A stretch of 63,755 nt of DNA, the filler included, from Chrysochromulina tobinii (taxonomy: Eukaryota): the NCBI GenBank assembly GCA_001275005.1. It is 5 parts of 5 records of this genome, joined end to end, with 100 filler letters (N's around TTAATTAATTAA, not from the genome) between each part and the next. Parts side by side here need not be neighbours in the genome. Positions count along the whole stretch, not along the records: positions 24,057 to 38,024 come from JWZX01000210.1; positions 38,125 to 49,108 come from JWZX01000211.1; 3 more parts are not named here. One strand, 5' to 3'. A program made the translations under genes and the position numbers. This document shows, piece by piece, positions 34,101 to 42,900 of the stretch. A model generated the notes under the pieces. The model worked only from the letters and a program-made list of their open reading frames with translations. It made no database searches and was not told the origin of the DNA. Positions within the stretch are counted from its first letter, which is position 1, and every line of letters begins with the position of its first letter.

Positions 34101-34237
34101 TGCTCCGTAAGCTGCTTCTGAAGGAGCAAGAGCTTTTCGTCGAGCTCATCTTGTATCTGATTGGTTGCGCCTTTTGCGTTCTTCGCCGCCCTCACGAAAC
34201 CCCACCGCCTGCGTTTTGACGGGGATTTGTCGGCCAT
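25163..34237 (-). CDS. Giant 3024-aa protein: N-terminal ARM-like repeats, long E/K/A helical repeats, duplicated Ala-rich modules, two IQ-like motifs, Pro-rich tail
   Basis: Uninterrupted ORF. ARM-like GGIKQLASLL...YALCCLANL; (EEKAAAEKAA)n repeats; AATRLEAQGRG and AATRLQASARG. Confidence 0.85.
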   Translation of the reverse strand: MADKSPSKRRRWGFVRAAKNAKGATNQIQDELDEKLLLLQKQLTEQNAQITQLFGGGPVAAPGLPGAPAGVVARPVLPLPPAGSAIDAMVEWVLSLIENLKAPNQYAIRKAAVVRLAETLNQCSMSEGSAVAKALRDTGGIKQLASLLMEDADELKLYALCCLANLCSDSLDTNFVATKRKLLACQVGHSLLQCLLEDDRMIVTYAAGLCFNLSGEPSWTPTFLDQSYLTALENLMAYDDEQVQQYATSTLANLLSLNPTLTEASSTGAGAFADDEQLFVSPVAAAVAEKAAAEKAAAAAAEEAAALRRELEAVRAAAAAEAKAAAEMAEAKAKAAAEKAAAEAKAKVEKAAAEAKAEAEMEAASKAKAAAEKAAEKAAATGEPGGPEAEKAAMELQLAEATAEMAAAKAAAEAAAAAAAEEAAALRRELEAMRAAAEKAAAEAKAAAARAAAEQAAAVSAAADGEAAEKLAAEKLAAEKLAAEKATAEKATAEKALAEEAAAEKAAAEKAAAEKVAEEKAAAERAALESKTEAEKAALESKTEAEKAAVEQKAAAEKAEMEAKTAAEKAAVEEKAAAERAAMEAKAKEERDAAIAAAEQAAKERDAAAAEVEKAAKERDAAVAAAMLAADQRVQQEAAARAESEKVAAAERAALEEKAAAAEKAAAEKAAALKATLVIRSAAEKAAIEEKRAAEKAAIEEKAAAEKAVMEKKLAAVMAAAEEKAVAERAAFEKALADKAAEKTAALAGKSWANTAKAAAERRALEEAMREEAAAERVAFEEKAAAEKAAMEEKAAAEKAAVEEKAAAEKAAIEEKAAAEKEAIEERAAAEKAAIEEKAAAEKAEMLAQAAAERAAMEEKAAAERAAFEKALADAAAEKAAIQEKAAAEKAAMEEKAAAEMAAFEKRLAEAAAEKAAAEQKAAAEMAALQEKAAAEMAALQEKSAAEKKALEEKAAAEKAAMEKKAAEEKAAIEEKAAAEKAALQEKAAAEKKALEEKSAAEKAAIEEKSAAEKAAIEAKAAAEKADMLEKSAEERAAYEKALADKRMQEQAAADLAAAEKAAADLALEKEKEQLRAAEEARLAMQKLKGDARAAAEIAAAAQVVADAASEALAALEKAHPASVTTVEASKAAVKAARDVTAASDEAAEAYDDALRAAKVTAAATATATAMATTAAAAAAAAAAAAVDVPSCMAAADRAEAAASKAATAALLTLAKKAEATSSATKVLEANRESTVALEMANEHVLLTSRDPMPSEEPHGENAIKSRAEAQRNAKKTDKAAAEVSELKSVATPALAEAERAEDEAQAAELKAITAATNARAASVKAEADVKAAEKSAAEKAAAEAMKAAIDAITAEAQLAEKNAKTAGFAAAATATAAAEAAKEAAKAEALALEALSKAKAFQQAKNVSDCTAEGIRAEKAVEASTKSVEVVTIAVHKIGKGGVEGTKDALAAAHAAHDKANQIVARVDKDPKGEFGQHAAELQAAAQACVAAAVSATTVATEALASAHNLFKEGSASLAAATASETAAKNAGDSTMETVKATRSKAARERLKKHAKIQVMQAGLKLKAEELGRQRAEAAARAAKARAGLKRAGKLTVLMEGMKKEAQELEKERAEASAEAAAVVAEAASEATAASETALTAAGRTVDASMAATQASQDGAAAAADATQAHEDVMSASAAKDPVSCMAAAKRAMEAASRAADAAQEVTAKRAETHESAAEALAALNVVNAALEKANVHEKKASRDPMPDGEAGKIALETQTEAQNHAEVARAAAAGVSEVTGSMHEAVADSDQAMEVATAAQNKAMAKAEASLDIAVETERQYAATRLEAQGRGMADRKLINMMRAQLAAERAQSVVATSAAEAQAALRKAVAAAESLSQTVAQTAPESPTGEELPPLPSLPSLVDKVVEAAKKAATAKATAVQALEIIRAAQIAADAPKGKKGELTRQKTVPKVEKAPAKKAPAKGQPAKKGSKEPVPTKVPTPEEAFEVAAQAAAECAASAESVAKLTKLARNAAQEAKEGLAAAQGALQRATEHAALARFQKLPEDKEFETMAIATQAAAEASLEETVTAEGATSKAAEEAAGAMAKVEKAMASASKSVIEVAAAATQNAASKASSGGSNAGKGGEAAMKATKEVQDAEFSARDALEKAQAAQKAKDVEACTAEGKRAEKAVAACAAAVEKLSKAMEKISKGMEVAKLAAETAQAEREKVLEYLERASRDMTGDAGLDSVTSATAAASEAAEGAARVFTEVQAAAASAADSQSAATTAAASAKDVVKATRSTAARERLKKHGQAMALQARLRKRAEEIGREREKAAEEARILAERVAKAEKAVGQVAAAASAVSEAASEALAANEKALAAAALTVEASAAAVQASTDAAAATAEAVLAHDDAYASAEAKNVAACMEAAKRAGDAASKAAEAAQIAHAKKAEAAESASQVIDAASEASAAVEKATENVPNTERMPIEGEEPLDQEAAELVLTLQTDAQKNVHLTENVAAGMKELTTSAEKALADASRVAEEASASQAKAMAVAKAALRRAIEEEKELDGKKAKAATRLQASARGKSDRQLVDKMLDGEDVKAALEAKRDARAEVSGPVVKLKVQIAEAPRSPSPTNEVRFFDEQEEAFYPSDNEHMPEYEAGWGAQGDFGHRPNSTFRSSSKQRTIKPFEARLAQQLEAWPNLQHQQTLHFQPHPPTHPPNARPRTEHGVRSSRSRSPHKGPPPHPWQPPPKSSDAEESNPAFFEDHIGRPWLGGYQLERHSSGEDEHATSRMGTARLSTSARVSTAYSHEQNAAKLPGLWATVSGTSSINPMDRRPALSSRGPEKGDSAWPWAPLEPPPPASARAPRRSTSPSRPKTELGPRPITEPPPPPRTATSVMEVTLAKQSGPQWARRDVERLLQAMELEAALSSPRFRLKKKRRKSKMHVTEGESGGDGGAPASEEFPPPNQLAPLPVDSDYVPIRRQRQGAALPGHALPVLGNSAWPGMTTQAHFHARPGTRGSRLTSMSGSGADAAVKLLLSR

Positions 34238-34869
34238 TGTCCTCGCGGGCGACTACGCTCACTTCGGAGAAGGGCTGCAAGACAAGTCACCGGACCTGCG
34301 CGCGCCCCGCAGATTCTTCAGCGATGTGCGGTCGGCGGCGAAAGGCCGGAAGCACGGTGCAGAGTCTGTTGAGCAAGACGCGAGGTCGATGGTTTCTCTT
34401 CAAGAGAAAAACAGAGTTCTTGATGAGGAACGCAATCGACGTCAACTGCAAGTCTACAAGTAAAACCCCTAAAAACGAGGCCACTCAAAGCCATCGTCGA
34501 GACATTTCCCTGTGCGCCTTCTAGGTCGAGTATTTAAGGTGTAAGGTCTGAAACCGCAACGCTCACACGCTAAACCGTACTGTACACACAGTCACCGACA
34601 CCGTTGGTGGACCTGGATGGTGCCGTTGGCGTATACCCGTGTGAAAAATGGCCATCATCGCTCATTGGATAGCTTCTCGACTTGACATTTTTGACGCTCG
34701 CGCTCGCCGTCGACTCCGACTGAGATGGTGGCGCGTCAGCTTGGCTGGTTCGTCGCTGCGGGCGCGGTGCGCTCAGACCCGATGAGGCGGGGGATGAGGA
34801 CAGCAAAGTTGCAGCGGTGGGGGTTGCGCGTTAGGAGCGAGAGCTCCCAACGCTCAGAGCCCGGAGAGG

Positions 34870-37623
34870 TCACGGAGGAGAAGGCGGCGGTGAAGCGATG
34901 CGCGCCCGTCCTCGCAGCAGGGCGTCCTCGTCCTCGACGAAGAAGCACACGACGTACAGCGTGTCGACCGCGGCCGCGAAGACGCGGCGGAACATTTGGG
35001 TGATGCAGAAGCTAAGGGCGAGGCTGACGAGCGCCACATTGAGCGCCGATGGCGGGCCGCTCGAATCCCAATCCGGAAGTGTCGAGACATATCCCTTGAA
35101 CGAGTCCAAGCCAGAGTCGATGGCGGCATCCACGGCGGCAGAGGCGTCTCCGACGAGCTCGGGCGAGGCGAGACCAAATGTCCAATTGGCCAAATGGGCG
35201 AGCGTCGTGGCAGGCGCCTCTGGGAGATCGACGTCGGCGAGCAGCAGCGTGTCGCGCCATTCGCGGAGCACGGCGAAGTAGGCGAGCAGTGCGCAGCCGA
35301 GGGGGATGAGGAGCGAGAGCAGGAGTGACAGGACGGCGAGCGCCGCCTCATTCGTCATCAGTTGCAGCGGGTGAGCCGAGAGCAACCGGTACGTGCGCAC
35401 GGCTGCGGCGCAGAAGGGCACGCCGTCGGAGGCCACGTACACGTACGCAAACTTGGTGAGGTAGCGCAGGCAACGGTCCAAGCACCAGAGGCAGCAGCCG
35501 CAGCAGCAGACCAGGTACCGACTGAGCGGCGTCGCGGAGTGCGGCGCGACCGCTTGGCGCTGCACGTACAGCAAGACGGCGCGCAGCCATGAAAAGGCAC
35601 CGAGCACAGCGGCGCCGAGAGCGACCGAGCCTAGGTGGTGGCTGACCATCCGCCAGAGTGCGTGGAGCATGCCGCCGCCCTCTGCGCGTTGCTCGTACCA
35701 GACGGCGATCGTGCCCGCGATGACGCAGTACACGAGGCCATCTATGAAGAAGAGAAGCCAGAGGCAGCAGAGGAGCTGGTACGCGATCGTCGCACCCGCA
35801 ACCGACGTGGGAGTGAGCGACGGCAGCTCGATCGCGGCGGCCGCGGCGTCGAAGGAGGCGGGATCGAAGTCCATGAGAGGTGTCGGCCTCGCCGCGATCT
35901 GATGAGGGGAGTACTCAGGGTTCATCAGTGGCCATCAGTGGCCATCAGTGGCCATCAGTGGCCATCAGTGGCCATCAGTGGTCATCAGTGGTCATCAGTG
36001 GTCATACAACAGTTCGACTGCATCAGCGTTTACCTCGTTGATCTTGGCGATCGCCACCTGCGTCGCGCTGGCCGCCAGATGCGCCGCCTGGGAGGAGAGC
36101 TCAATCGAGCGGCGTGCGAACGCCTCGGAGAGCGTGTCGATCTGCGCCGCGATGGTCTCCGGATCTGGCGTGAGGATATACGCGGTCACGAGCCCTAAAT
36201 AGGCAAGTACACCGAGCGAGAGGGTGGTCGCGACGAAGGGCAGGGCGAGTAGCGCCGGGTTCTCGTGCACCGCCTTCGAGGCCGTGCGGCAAATCTCGAG
36301 GGACGTTTCCACTTTGGGCCACAGCATGCACACGGCGAGCAGCACTCCGAGGGAGAAGAGCCCGGCCGCGCCGGCGCCGAGCAGCCAGTGCGCCTGAGCG
36401 GTCAGGGCGGCCTTCTCGAAGACGCTCGAGCTGGCGAGTGCGCTCGCGGCCGAGTGCGCGCCCGCGGGCAGATCGAGCGAGATGCCGCCGAGGCTCAGCC
36501 CATGGAAGCGGCTGAGGGCCTGCTGAGTCAGCGAGGGCACCTCGATCATGCCAGATTTGGCGAGCGCGATCGCGTTCATCAGAGCGAGGGCGACAAAGAG
36601 GAGCAGCACGGTGGTGTAGAAGAGCATTCGGATGCAGCCGCGGAGCAAGCACATGGTCAGAATGTTCACGAGCAGCGTCGTCAGCACGCCACACACGACG
36701 ATCTCGAAACCTCCGAGATACACATCGGTCGCGACGCCCAGCAGCCCACCGAAAAGGGCCGAGATGAACTGGAGCTCAAGCTCCGACCCCTCGGCAGTGA
36801 CGGTGCGCGTCATGTCGAGGGTGATGAACTTGAGGCACTGCGACTCGTCCACCATCGGCGACGGCGGTGGCGGCGGCGACGGCGGCGGCGGCGGCGGCGG
36901 TGGCGGCGGCGGTGGTCTCTCCTCGGGAGCCTCCTCAGATTCCTCCTGTAGACGACGGTCATCGTGGACGTACGCGCCGGTGGCCCTTGTGACGAGCCAG
37001 TAGTGCTCGGACGCAAAGGCGTCAGTATAGCACGGCTGGTTGGCGGTGACGCAGTCTGGGAACGCACACAGGGTCACCGCGCTCGCCACGGCGCTCGCGA
37101 TTGGAAGGCAGCGGCCCGCCACCGCCACAGTGTCCACGCTCACTCGCCACTCGTTGTCACTCTCGCGAGTCCACGGTCGAGAGTCAGCGCCGGCACGTTC
37201 CCAGCGGCACTTGGCGCTACCCTCAGCGCAAGCATAGTCTTGCACGGTCTCGCCCTGGGACGGGCACTCTGCGACGCACACGCCGTACAGAGGGATGGCC
37301 CACGGTGCCGCCGAGAGCATGCTGCGGTAGCGCTGAAGGTCCTTGGCGAGACGCGGGTAAAAGACGAAGGACTTGTCTGCGAGGCTGCCGAAGCCGCACA
37401 GGGCACCCGTGTAGTCTTGTCCGCGGACGAGGCGCCGCATGTCACCGACCTGGAAGGCAGCTGTAGCGATGATGCCGGCAGGGATGAGGAAGAGAATAAA
37501 GACGAGACAGCAAAGGCAGTCCGTGCAGCCGCGCTTGGGTGGAGAGCCGTCGGAGGAGCGCTTGCCGGGCTGGAGCAGCTCTCGCTCTTCCTCGGGCGGA
37601 AAGCATCCGCAGCAGGTCACCAT
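34870..37623 (-). CDS. Choline transporter-like protein (CTL/SLC44 family); exons 37623-36034, 35898-34870
   Basis: RGCTDCLC...GQDYTGALCG, CVAECP, HHLGSVALGA, LRYLTKFAYVYVA...FCAAA, DTLYVVCF. A phase-0 intron GTAAAC...CATCAG (36033-35899) joins the two ORFs. Confidence 0.88.
35921..36005. repeat. Intronic 10-bp tandem repeat (GCCATCAGTG/GTCATCAGTG, ~8 copies)
   Basis: Directly visible; lies inside the predicted CTL intron. Confidence 0.95.
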
Positions 37624-38024
37624 ACTGGATGACGGGTAGGTTTGGTGGGGTTTTGGCCGAGCTCAGCCGCGAGCAGTGAACGCCGGATCGCAAACAGAGC
37701 CCGCAACATAGCGCCGACTGGAAATGACTGCCTGTCACATCAAGCAGGGCCCGCTTGTGACTTTCAATACAAGAAACCATCGAGCACGTCGTGTGTCGGT
37801 TTGACAAAAATGCACGCGGCTTACCGGGTCCATTGCGACAGTGGCCCTCGTGCTTGGGGGTCCGGAGAGTGTGCGCGCGTTGTGTTGAACAGCAGCAGCA
37901 GCCGGGTACTGTTTTTTGGAGTTGGCGACGGGACTTCGAAAGGCAGGAGCCGAGTAGACCCCACGGCCTGACGTAGCATACTCAAATCATGAAACAAACT
38001 CTCCGCTCTAGTGCACCTGCATTC

Positions 38025-38124
38025 NNNNNNNNNNNNNNNNNNNNNNNNNNNNNNNNNNNNNNNNNNNNTTAATTAATTAANNNNNNNNNNNNNNNNNNNN
38101 NNNNNNNNNNNNNNNNNNNNNNNN
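38025..38124. other. Artificial contig-joining spacer
   Basis: N-run, TTAATTAATTAA, N-run. Confidence 0.99.
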
Positions 38125-38426
38125 CCGCAGCTTCGACAGTGCATGTGACAGCTGAGTGGGCCGTTGAGATGGCATCTTCGACAGTAACAGCTGAATGGGC
38201 CGTTGAAATGGCGACCCCGGAGCCCAAACTCGCGGTCGCAACTGAAGGTGGTGCCGATTCCAAGCTTGAGCATGCTTCTGGTGGAGACACCAGCGCGAGC
38301 ATGACCAGCACGGGTGGCCATGTTTCCCGCCTCGAGACCGAGCACATATAGGCTGCCGCCGACAAGACAAGCAGACAAGGAGGCGGGTGGCTGCTCTATC
38401 GCCCTCACCGCCGAGACCTGTCCGCT

Positions 38427-38598
38427 GACCGCTGTGGCTAGGCGGTCTGGAGAGAGTACTTGTGCAGTGAGTATGGGCCGCTGTGGCTAGTGGTGGTCCG
38501 TTGTGAGAGAGTATCGGTGGAGTGAGCGCAGACCGCTGTGGCTAGGCGGTCTGGAGAGAGTACTTGTGCAATGAGTATGGGCCGCTGTGGCTAGTGGT
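38427..38598. repeat. 68-bp direct repeat (38427-38494 and 38531-38598, one mismatch)
   Basis: GACCGCTGTGGCTAGGCGGTCTGGAGAGAGTACTTGTGCARTGAGTATGGGCCGCTGTGGCTAGTGGT occurs twice. Confidence 0.9.
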
Positions 38599-39883
38599 TG
38601 AGAGAGAGAGGGTGGGTTTTGCGGACGCAACCTCTCTTCACCTGGAGACCAACGAGGGACGTTCCAGTGCTCTGGAAGCGGCCTTGCTCTCCGGCCTCGC
38701 GATTTTCCAGCGGTTCTTCGCCAACCCCGGGATCTTGGCGACCAAGCACGCTGTCTTCGCCTCGCTCACGCTGTGCCTGTGTGAATTACCGGCTTACTTG
38801 GGTAGGGCCCAGGCCGTGGAACCGGGCACCGACGAGATCCCGGAGCTCCGTGAGAATTGGTTGTTCGATGCCGCTCAATGCGATCTGCTCTTCCAGGGTC
38901 GCATCTCGAAGATCGCCTGGTTCGGCCCGCTCGGCTCGCTGGGGCTGATGAACCTCGAGGCTGCCGAGCCCTTCGCCGAATGCCCGGCTGACCAGTTATA
39001 CGTCGTAGAGGCGGTGCTCGAGCAGATCATCCCATTCGTGAAAGCCACGATGATCGCGGCGGGTTGGGCGGCAGAGTCGAAGGGTGGCTTCACCTTGGTT
39101 GCCCTCTTCGAAAAGCAGCTAGCGCACGTCAAATGGATTCGCAAGCAGGGCGAGCTCGAGATTGGCGCTCTCCTGCCGCACGCGCAGCAAAACTTCGTCG
39201 AGGCGCTGCTGGCGTGCGATGCGACGCATGCGCGCATGCTGGCACACCCCGAACCCGCCGAGGCCAAGCTCGGCTGGCACCTGGCTTTTGACGGGCCCTA
39301 CGACAGGGCGATCAAGGAAAAGAAGACCGGCGTGACGCCCTTCATCAATATACGGCGCGCCTTCCCGGGCCTCTTGCCCCCGTCCGCGCCTCGCTCGGTC
39401 GCCGGCGTGGTCCTCCCCGAGCCCGTCGTTGCCGCCAAGGTCAAGGTCGGCAAGGGTAAAGGTAAGGGCGGTGGAGGAGGAGGCGGAGGCGGAAAAGGTG
39501 GCAAGGGCGAAGGGAAGGGCGAAGACGATGATGATGACAAGGTCGCCTTGAAGCCGGGCTCCCTGAAAGGGGTTGTCTCGTGGCCGGACCCGACCCACAT
39601 GCGGTTGGGCCATACGCTCTACGACACTGCCGCGATCGCAAGCCACTACTCCCTCGACGCGGACCATTGCTTCCCCGTTCTCTTGTCGATGAAACAGGGT
39701 AACGACAAGCATGCTCTGTGTGCGCACTGGGGAAAGCCCGGGCACACGTCGGGGACGTCGGAGAAGCACGCGCGCCCCAAGAACTTCGACCTCCGGTACG
39801 TCGATAAGCATCTGGCGACGCGTATGGATAAGACCGAGCAGGATGACACGAAGGGGGGCAAGAAGCGGAAGAAGCCTGGGTGA
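38564..39883 (+). CDS. Gag-like ORF1 of the YR retrotransposon (true start uncertain)
   Basis: Lies upstream of RT; basic Gly/Lys linker; C/H knuckle-like CFP...LCAHWGKPGH; basic C-terminus. The TTG start falls within the 68-bp repeat. Confidence 0.65.
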   Translation: MCNEYGPLWLVVERERVGFADATSLHLETNEGRSSALEAALLSGLAIFQRFFANPGILATKHAVFASLTLCLCELPAYLGRAQAVEPGTDEIPELRENWLFDAAQCDLLFQGRISKIAWFGPLGSLGLMNLEAAEPFAECPADQLYVVEAVLEQIIPFVKATMIAAGWAAESKGGFTLVALFEKQLAHVKWIRKQGELEIGALLPHAQQNFVEALLACDATHARMLAHPEPAEAKLGWHLAFDGPYDRAIKEKKTGVTPFINIRRAFPGLLPPSAPRSVAGVVLPEPVVAAKVKVGKGKGKGGGGGGGGGKGGKGEGKGEDDDDDKVALKPGSLKGVVSWPDPTHMRLGHTLYDTAAIASHYSLDADHCFPVLLSMKQGNDKHALCAHWGKPGHTSGTSEKHARPKNFDLRYVDKHLATRMDKTEQDDTKGGKKRKKPG

Positions 39884-39949
39884 GATGGCGCCAGCTGCGT
39901 CGGCGACGGACGTCTGGATCTCGGCCGAGGATCTGGATGTCTGTCGCAG

Positions 39950-42900
39950 GTGCAGCTGGTCGACGACGGCGCGGTTTTATCTCTCTGGTGTACCTTCATG
40001 GTATGGCTCGGCGTCTGGATCCGGATGAAGGCTCATGAAGGGGCCACGACACGTCGAGCTCTCCCTCCTTTGGAAGGCTCAATCTGCTATAACGAGCCGT
40101 CGGCTAGGCTGGCCGACGGCGCTGCGATCCGCGTGGATCGTGCACTGACTGTGACCTTGACATCGATGACATCGATGACTGTGATGCGACGGGCGCCGCC
40201 GGCTGCGATCCGCGTGGATCCAGCTGGCGGTGGCACCCGGGTGACGTCGATGACTGTGCAGCTGCGAGGGGCGCCGCCGGCTGCGATCCGCGTGGAGGCA
40301 GCTGGCGGCGACACCCGGGCTGCGATCCGCGTGGATCGCGCACTCGCAGCGCAGTCGCCGGTTCCCCTTCGGTCTGTGAGCGCTGCGCTCGCCGGCTCGA
40401 GCTCGCTGCTCGCCGGCTCACCATCTCGGCCCCGTGACTCGCGCATGACGCGCACCCGCGGAGGTGGTGAACCCGAAGAGGATGGTGTGTCCAGGCCTGC
40501 CCTGCACTCGAGCGTCCGCGTGGACCGGCGACTTCTGTCGTCGCCTGCGCTCTCGGCGACGCGTGCCCGAGAAGCGCAGGGCTCGGCGAGCGTCCTGCCT
40601 CTGTCGCCTTCTCATACTCTGTCGCGCCATGGATACATGGGCACGGAAGAGGGGCGTAGCGAGGCAGCGTCTCGGCCTCTTTCCACTCACGACGTTACCA
40701 CTGATTCTGCCCCTGCTGACACAGCGTTCGCGCGCTCCTGGTGCCGTTCTACCGAGGCGAGGGCGTGCTTCGACAGTTTCGCTTGGCCTCTGCGCTCACG
40801 CGCGGAAGTGTGCCGCCTGCTTGCCTCGCGCGTGCTGACACCCACGTGGCTGCTCCTGGGAGAGTTCAGTGGCGCCTTCTCTCGCGTCTGCGAGACGCAG
40901 CGGGGTGTGGTCGTCCTCTCGGTCGACTTGCGCGAGCCCGAGCGAGAAGGGCTCCACTTCTGCGGCTCTTTCCACGAGATTTTCGACCTCGCTGCGTGGG
41001 ACTTCGTGGCGGCATGGCCAAGCTGCACCCACACGGCCTACAGCAACGGTGACCTGCGCGTGGCCAAGGCGCTCGACGGGCGGGCGTTCTGGGGGCACGT
41101 GGGCGTGCTCTATGTGCTCCTCGCCGGCGAGGCGAAGGGACGCCTGGTCGAGCAGCCCGACTCAGATTTCCACCGCCTTTTCGCGACGCCGCGGGTACGC
41201 GTGCGGACCGAGCATTATGGGGATGCCCATGCCAAAACCATAAACCTCTATCTCGTCGGCGTCAGCCTGCCCGGACTCGCTGCTGAACATCGCACGGTGC
41301 CGCTCGCCGATCACGTGCGCCGCCCGGCTCACTGGGAATTTGCCGACGCCGAGGCGCGCGACCGCTTTCGCAGCTCTTGGGAGCATTTCCCTCTGTTCAT
41401 GAACGCCCTCGTGTTCTGCCTCTCGCTGTGCGAGGCGCCGCCTCCACCGACGCCGTTCGAGGAGGGCTTGGAGGCTCTGGCGTGTGCCTGGCACGATGCG
41501 GGCTGGCCGGTGCCGGCGGGCTACGACGCCTGCAGAGATGGCCTCCCCACCGACGCGGCCGCCCGAGAGTATCAAGCCGTGCGTGGACCGGGTGACAATC
41601 GTCGTCCCCCCAGAGTGATCCCGTTCGCCAGGAGGAGCGACCTAGCTTCGGACGGGCACACGCTGATCGCTCTGCCGCCGAGGGCCGAGGCTGGCGTCGC
41701 GGATCTGCGCCGACTCGCGTCGGCGCAGGTGGTCACGCTCGCCGAGCTTACGGCGAGCGGGGTGGCTCTCTTCTTTGTGACCTATCTACTGCAGCCCCTC
41801 GTGTTCGCGCATGTCAACGGCTTCCAGGTGCTGGGGGCGGAGCTCCCTATCACCAGCGGTCGCGCGACGCCTATGCGCCTGCTAGAGCAGTGGGCCGAGC
41901 TGGCGTTTTCGGCAGATGCCACTGCCACCACCTTCATGATTGGCCGCTACAGTCAGGACGGGCCTCGGCTGGGAGTGTGCTTGCTGCCCTTCGCGCCCGC
42001 TGCTTCGATGATCGTGCGCAATGTCGCCCAGCGGCGCCGGCGCCTTGGCCTGGGAGCGACCTTTCTTTGGTGCACCCTCGCCAGTTTGGCCGGGACTCTA
42101 CTGGCTGACCCAGTGGCGCGTGCCTTTGCCAGTGTCGAGGCAGCGGCTGGGCCGGTCACGCACATGCCTGATCTGATGCATGAGGGCGAGCTGCTCCACC
42201 CAGTCTTCCGAGTGGGCGCCACCCCGAGCGCGAGCATGGTCGGGATGCGCCCGATCTCGTACGACCCGGGGTCAGTGGGTCACGCGCTCCGCCGAGATGC
42301 CGCCCACCAGCTGCTACTTCGCCGCGAGCTCGAGGTCGGCGCGGGAGCCGACGACCCGCTGCTCAAAGGGTGGGCCGAGCGCATTCGGCCGCCGCCGCAG
42401 GAGCTGCTTGACTTGGTGCGAGTGCAACTGCCAGACATGCTCGCGCCTGATCTGCTTAGCCTGCCGTACACCCCGATCTACGTGCCGCCCGAGACGCCGT
42501 ACTTACCGCGCATGCCCGCCCAGCTGCCAGCGGTGACGCCCTTCTGTGTACGCTCTGCGATGGAGCTGCTTGAAGACGCGGCGCGCCACAGTGTCCACTC
42601 GTGGCTCTCGCGCGCGCTCGATCAGCTCCGCTGCATCGAGGAACACCCGCGAGAGCACACTGGCTGCGAGCTCCTGCGACCGCCGCCGCTTGTGCTTGGT
42701 CAGGAAGCCATGCTACCGTGGGCACGAGGGCGAGTGTGGGACCTCACGTTCGAGCGAGCCAGCTGCGCCGTGCCGCTAGACATGACGCTGCCGCTGGATT
42801 CGAACTTCGACCTGTCCCGCCTGCGCGAGCGGCTTCACGGCTACCCCGACCAGAATCTGATCTCGAACCTTTTGGAGGGTATCCGCTTCGAGGCCGACGT

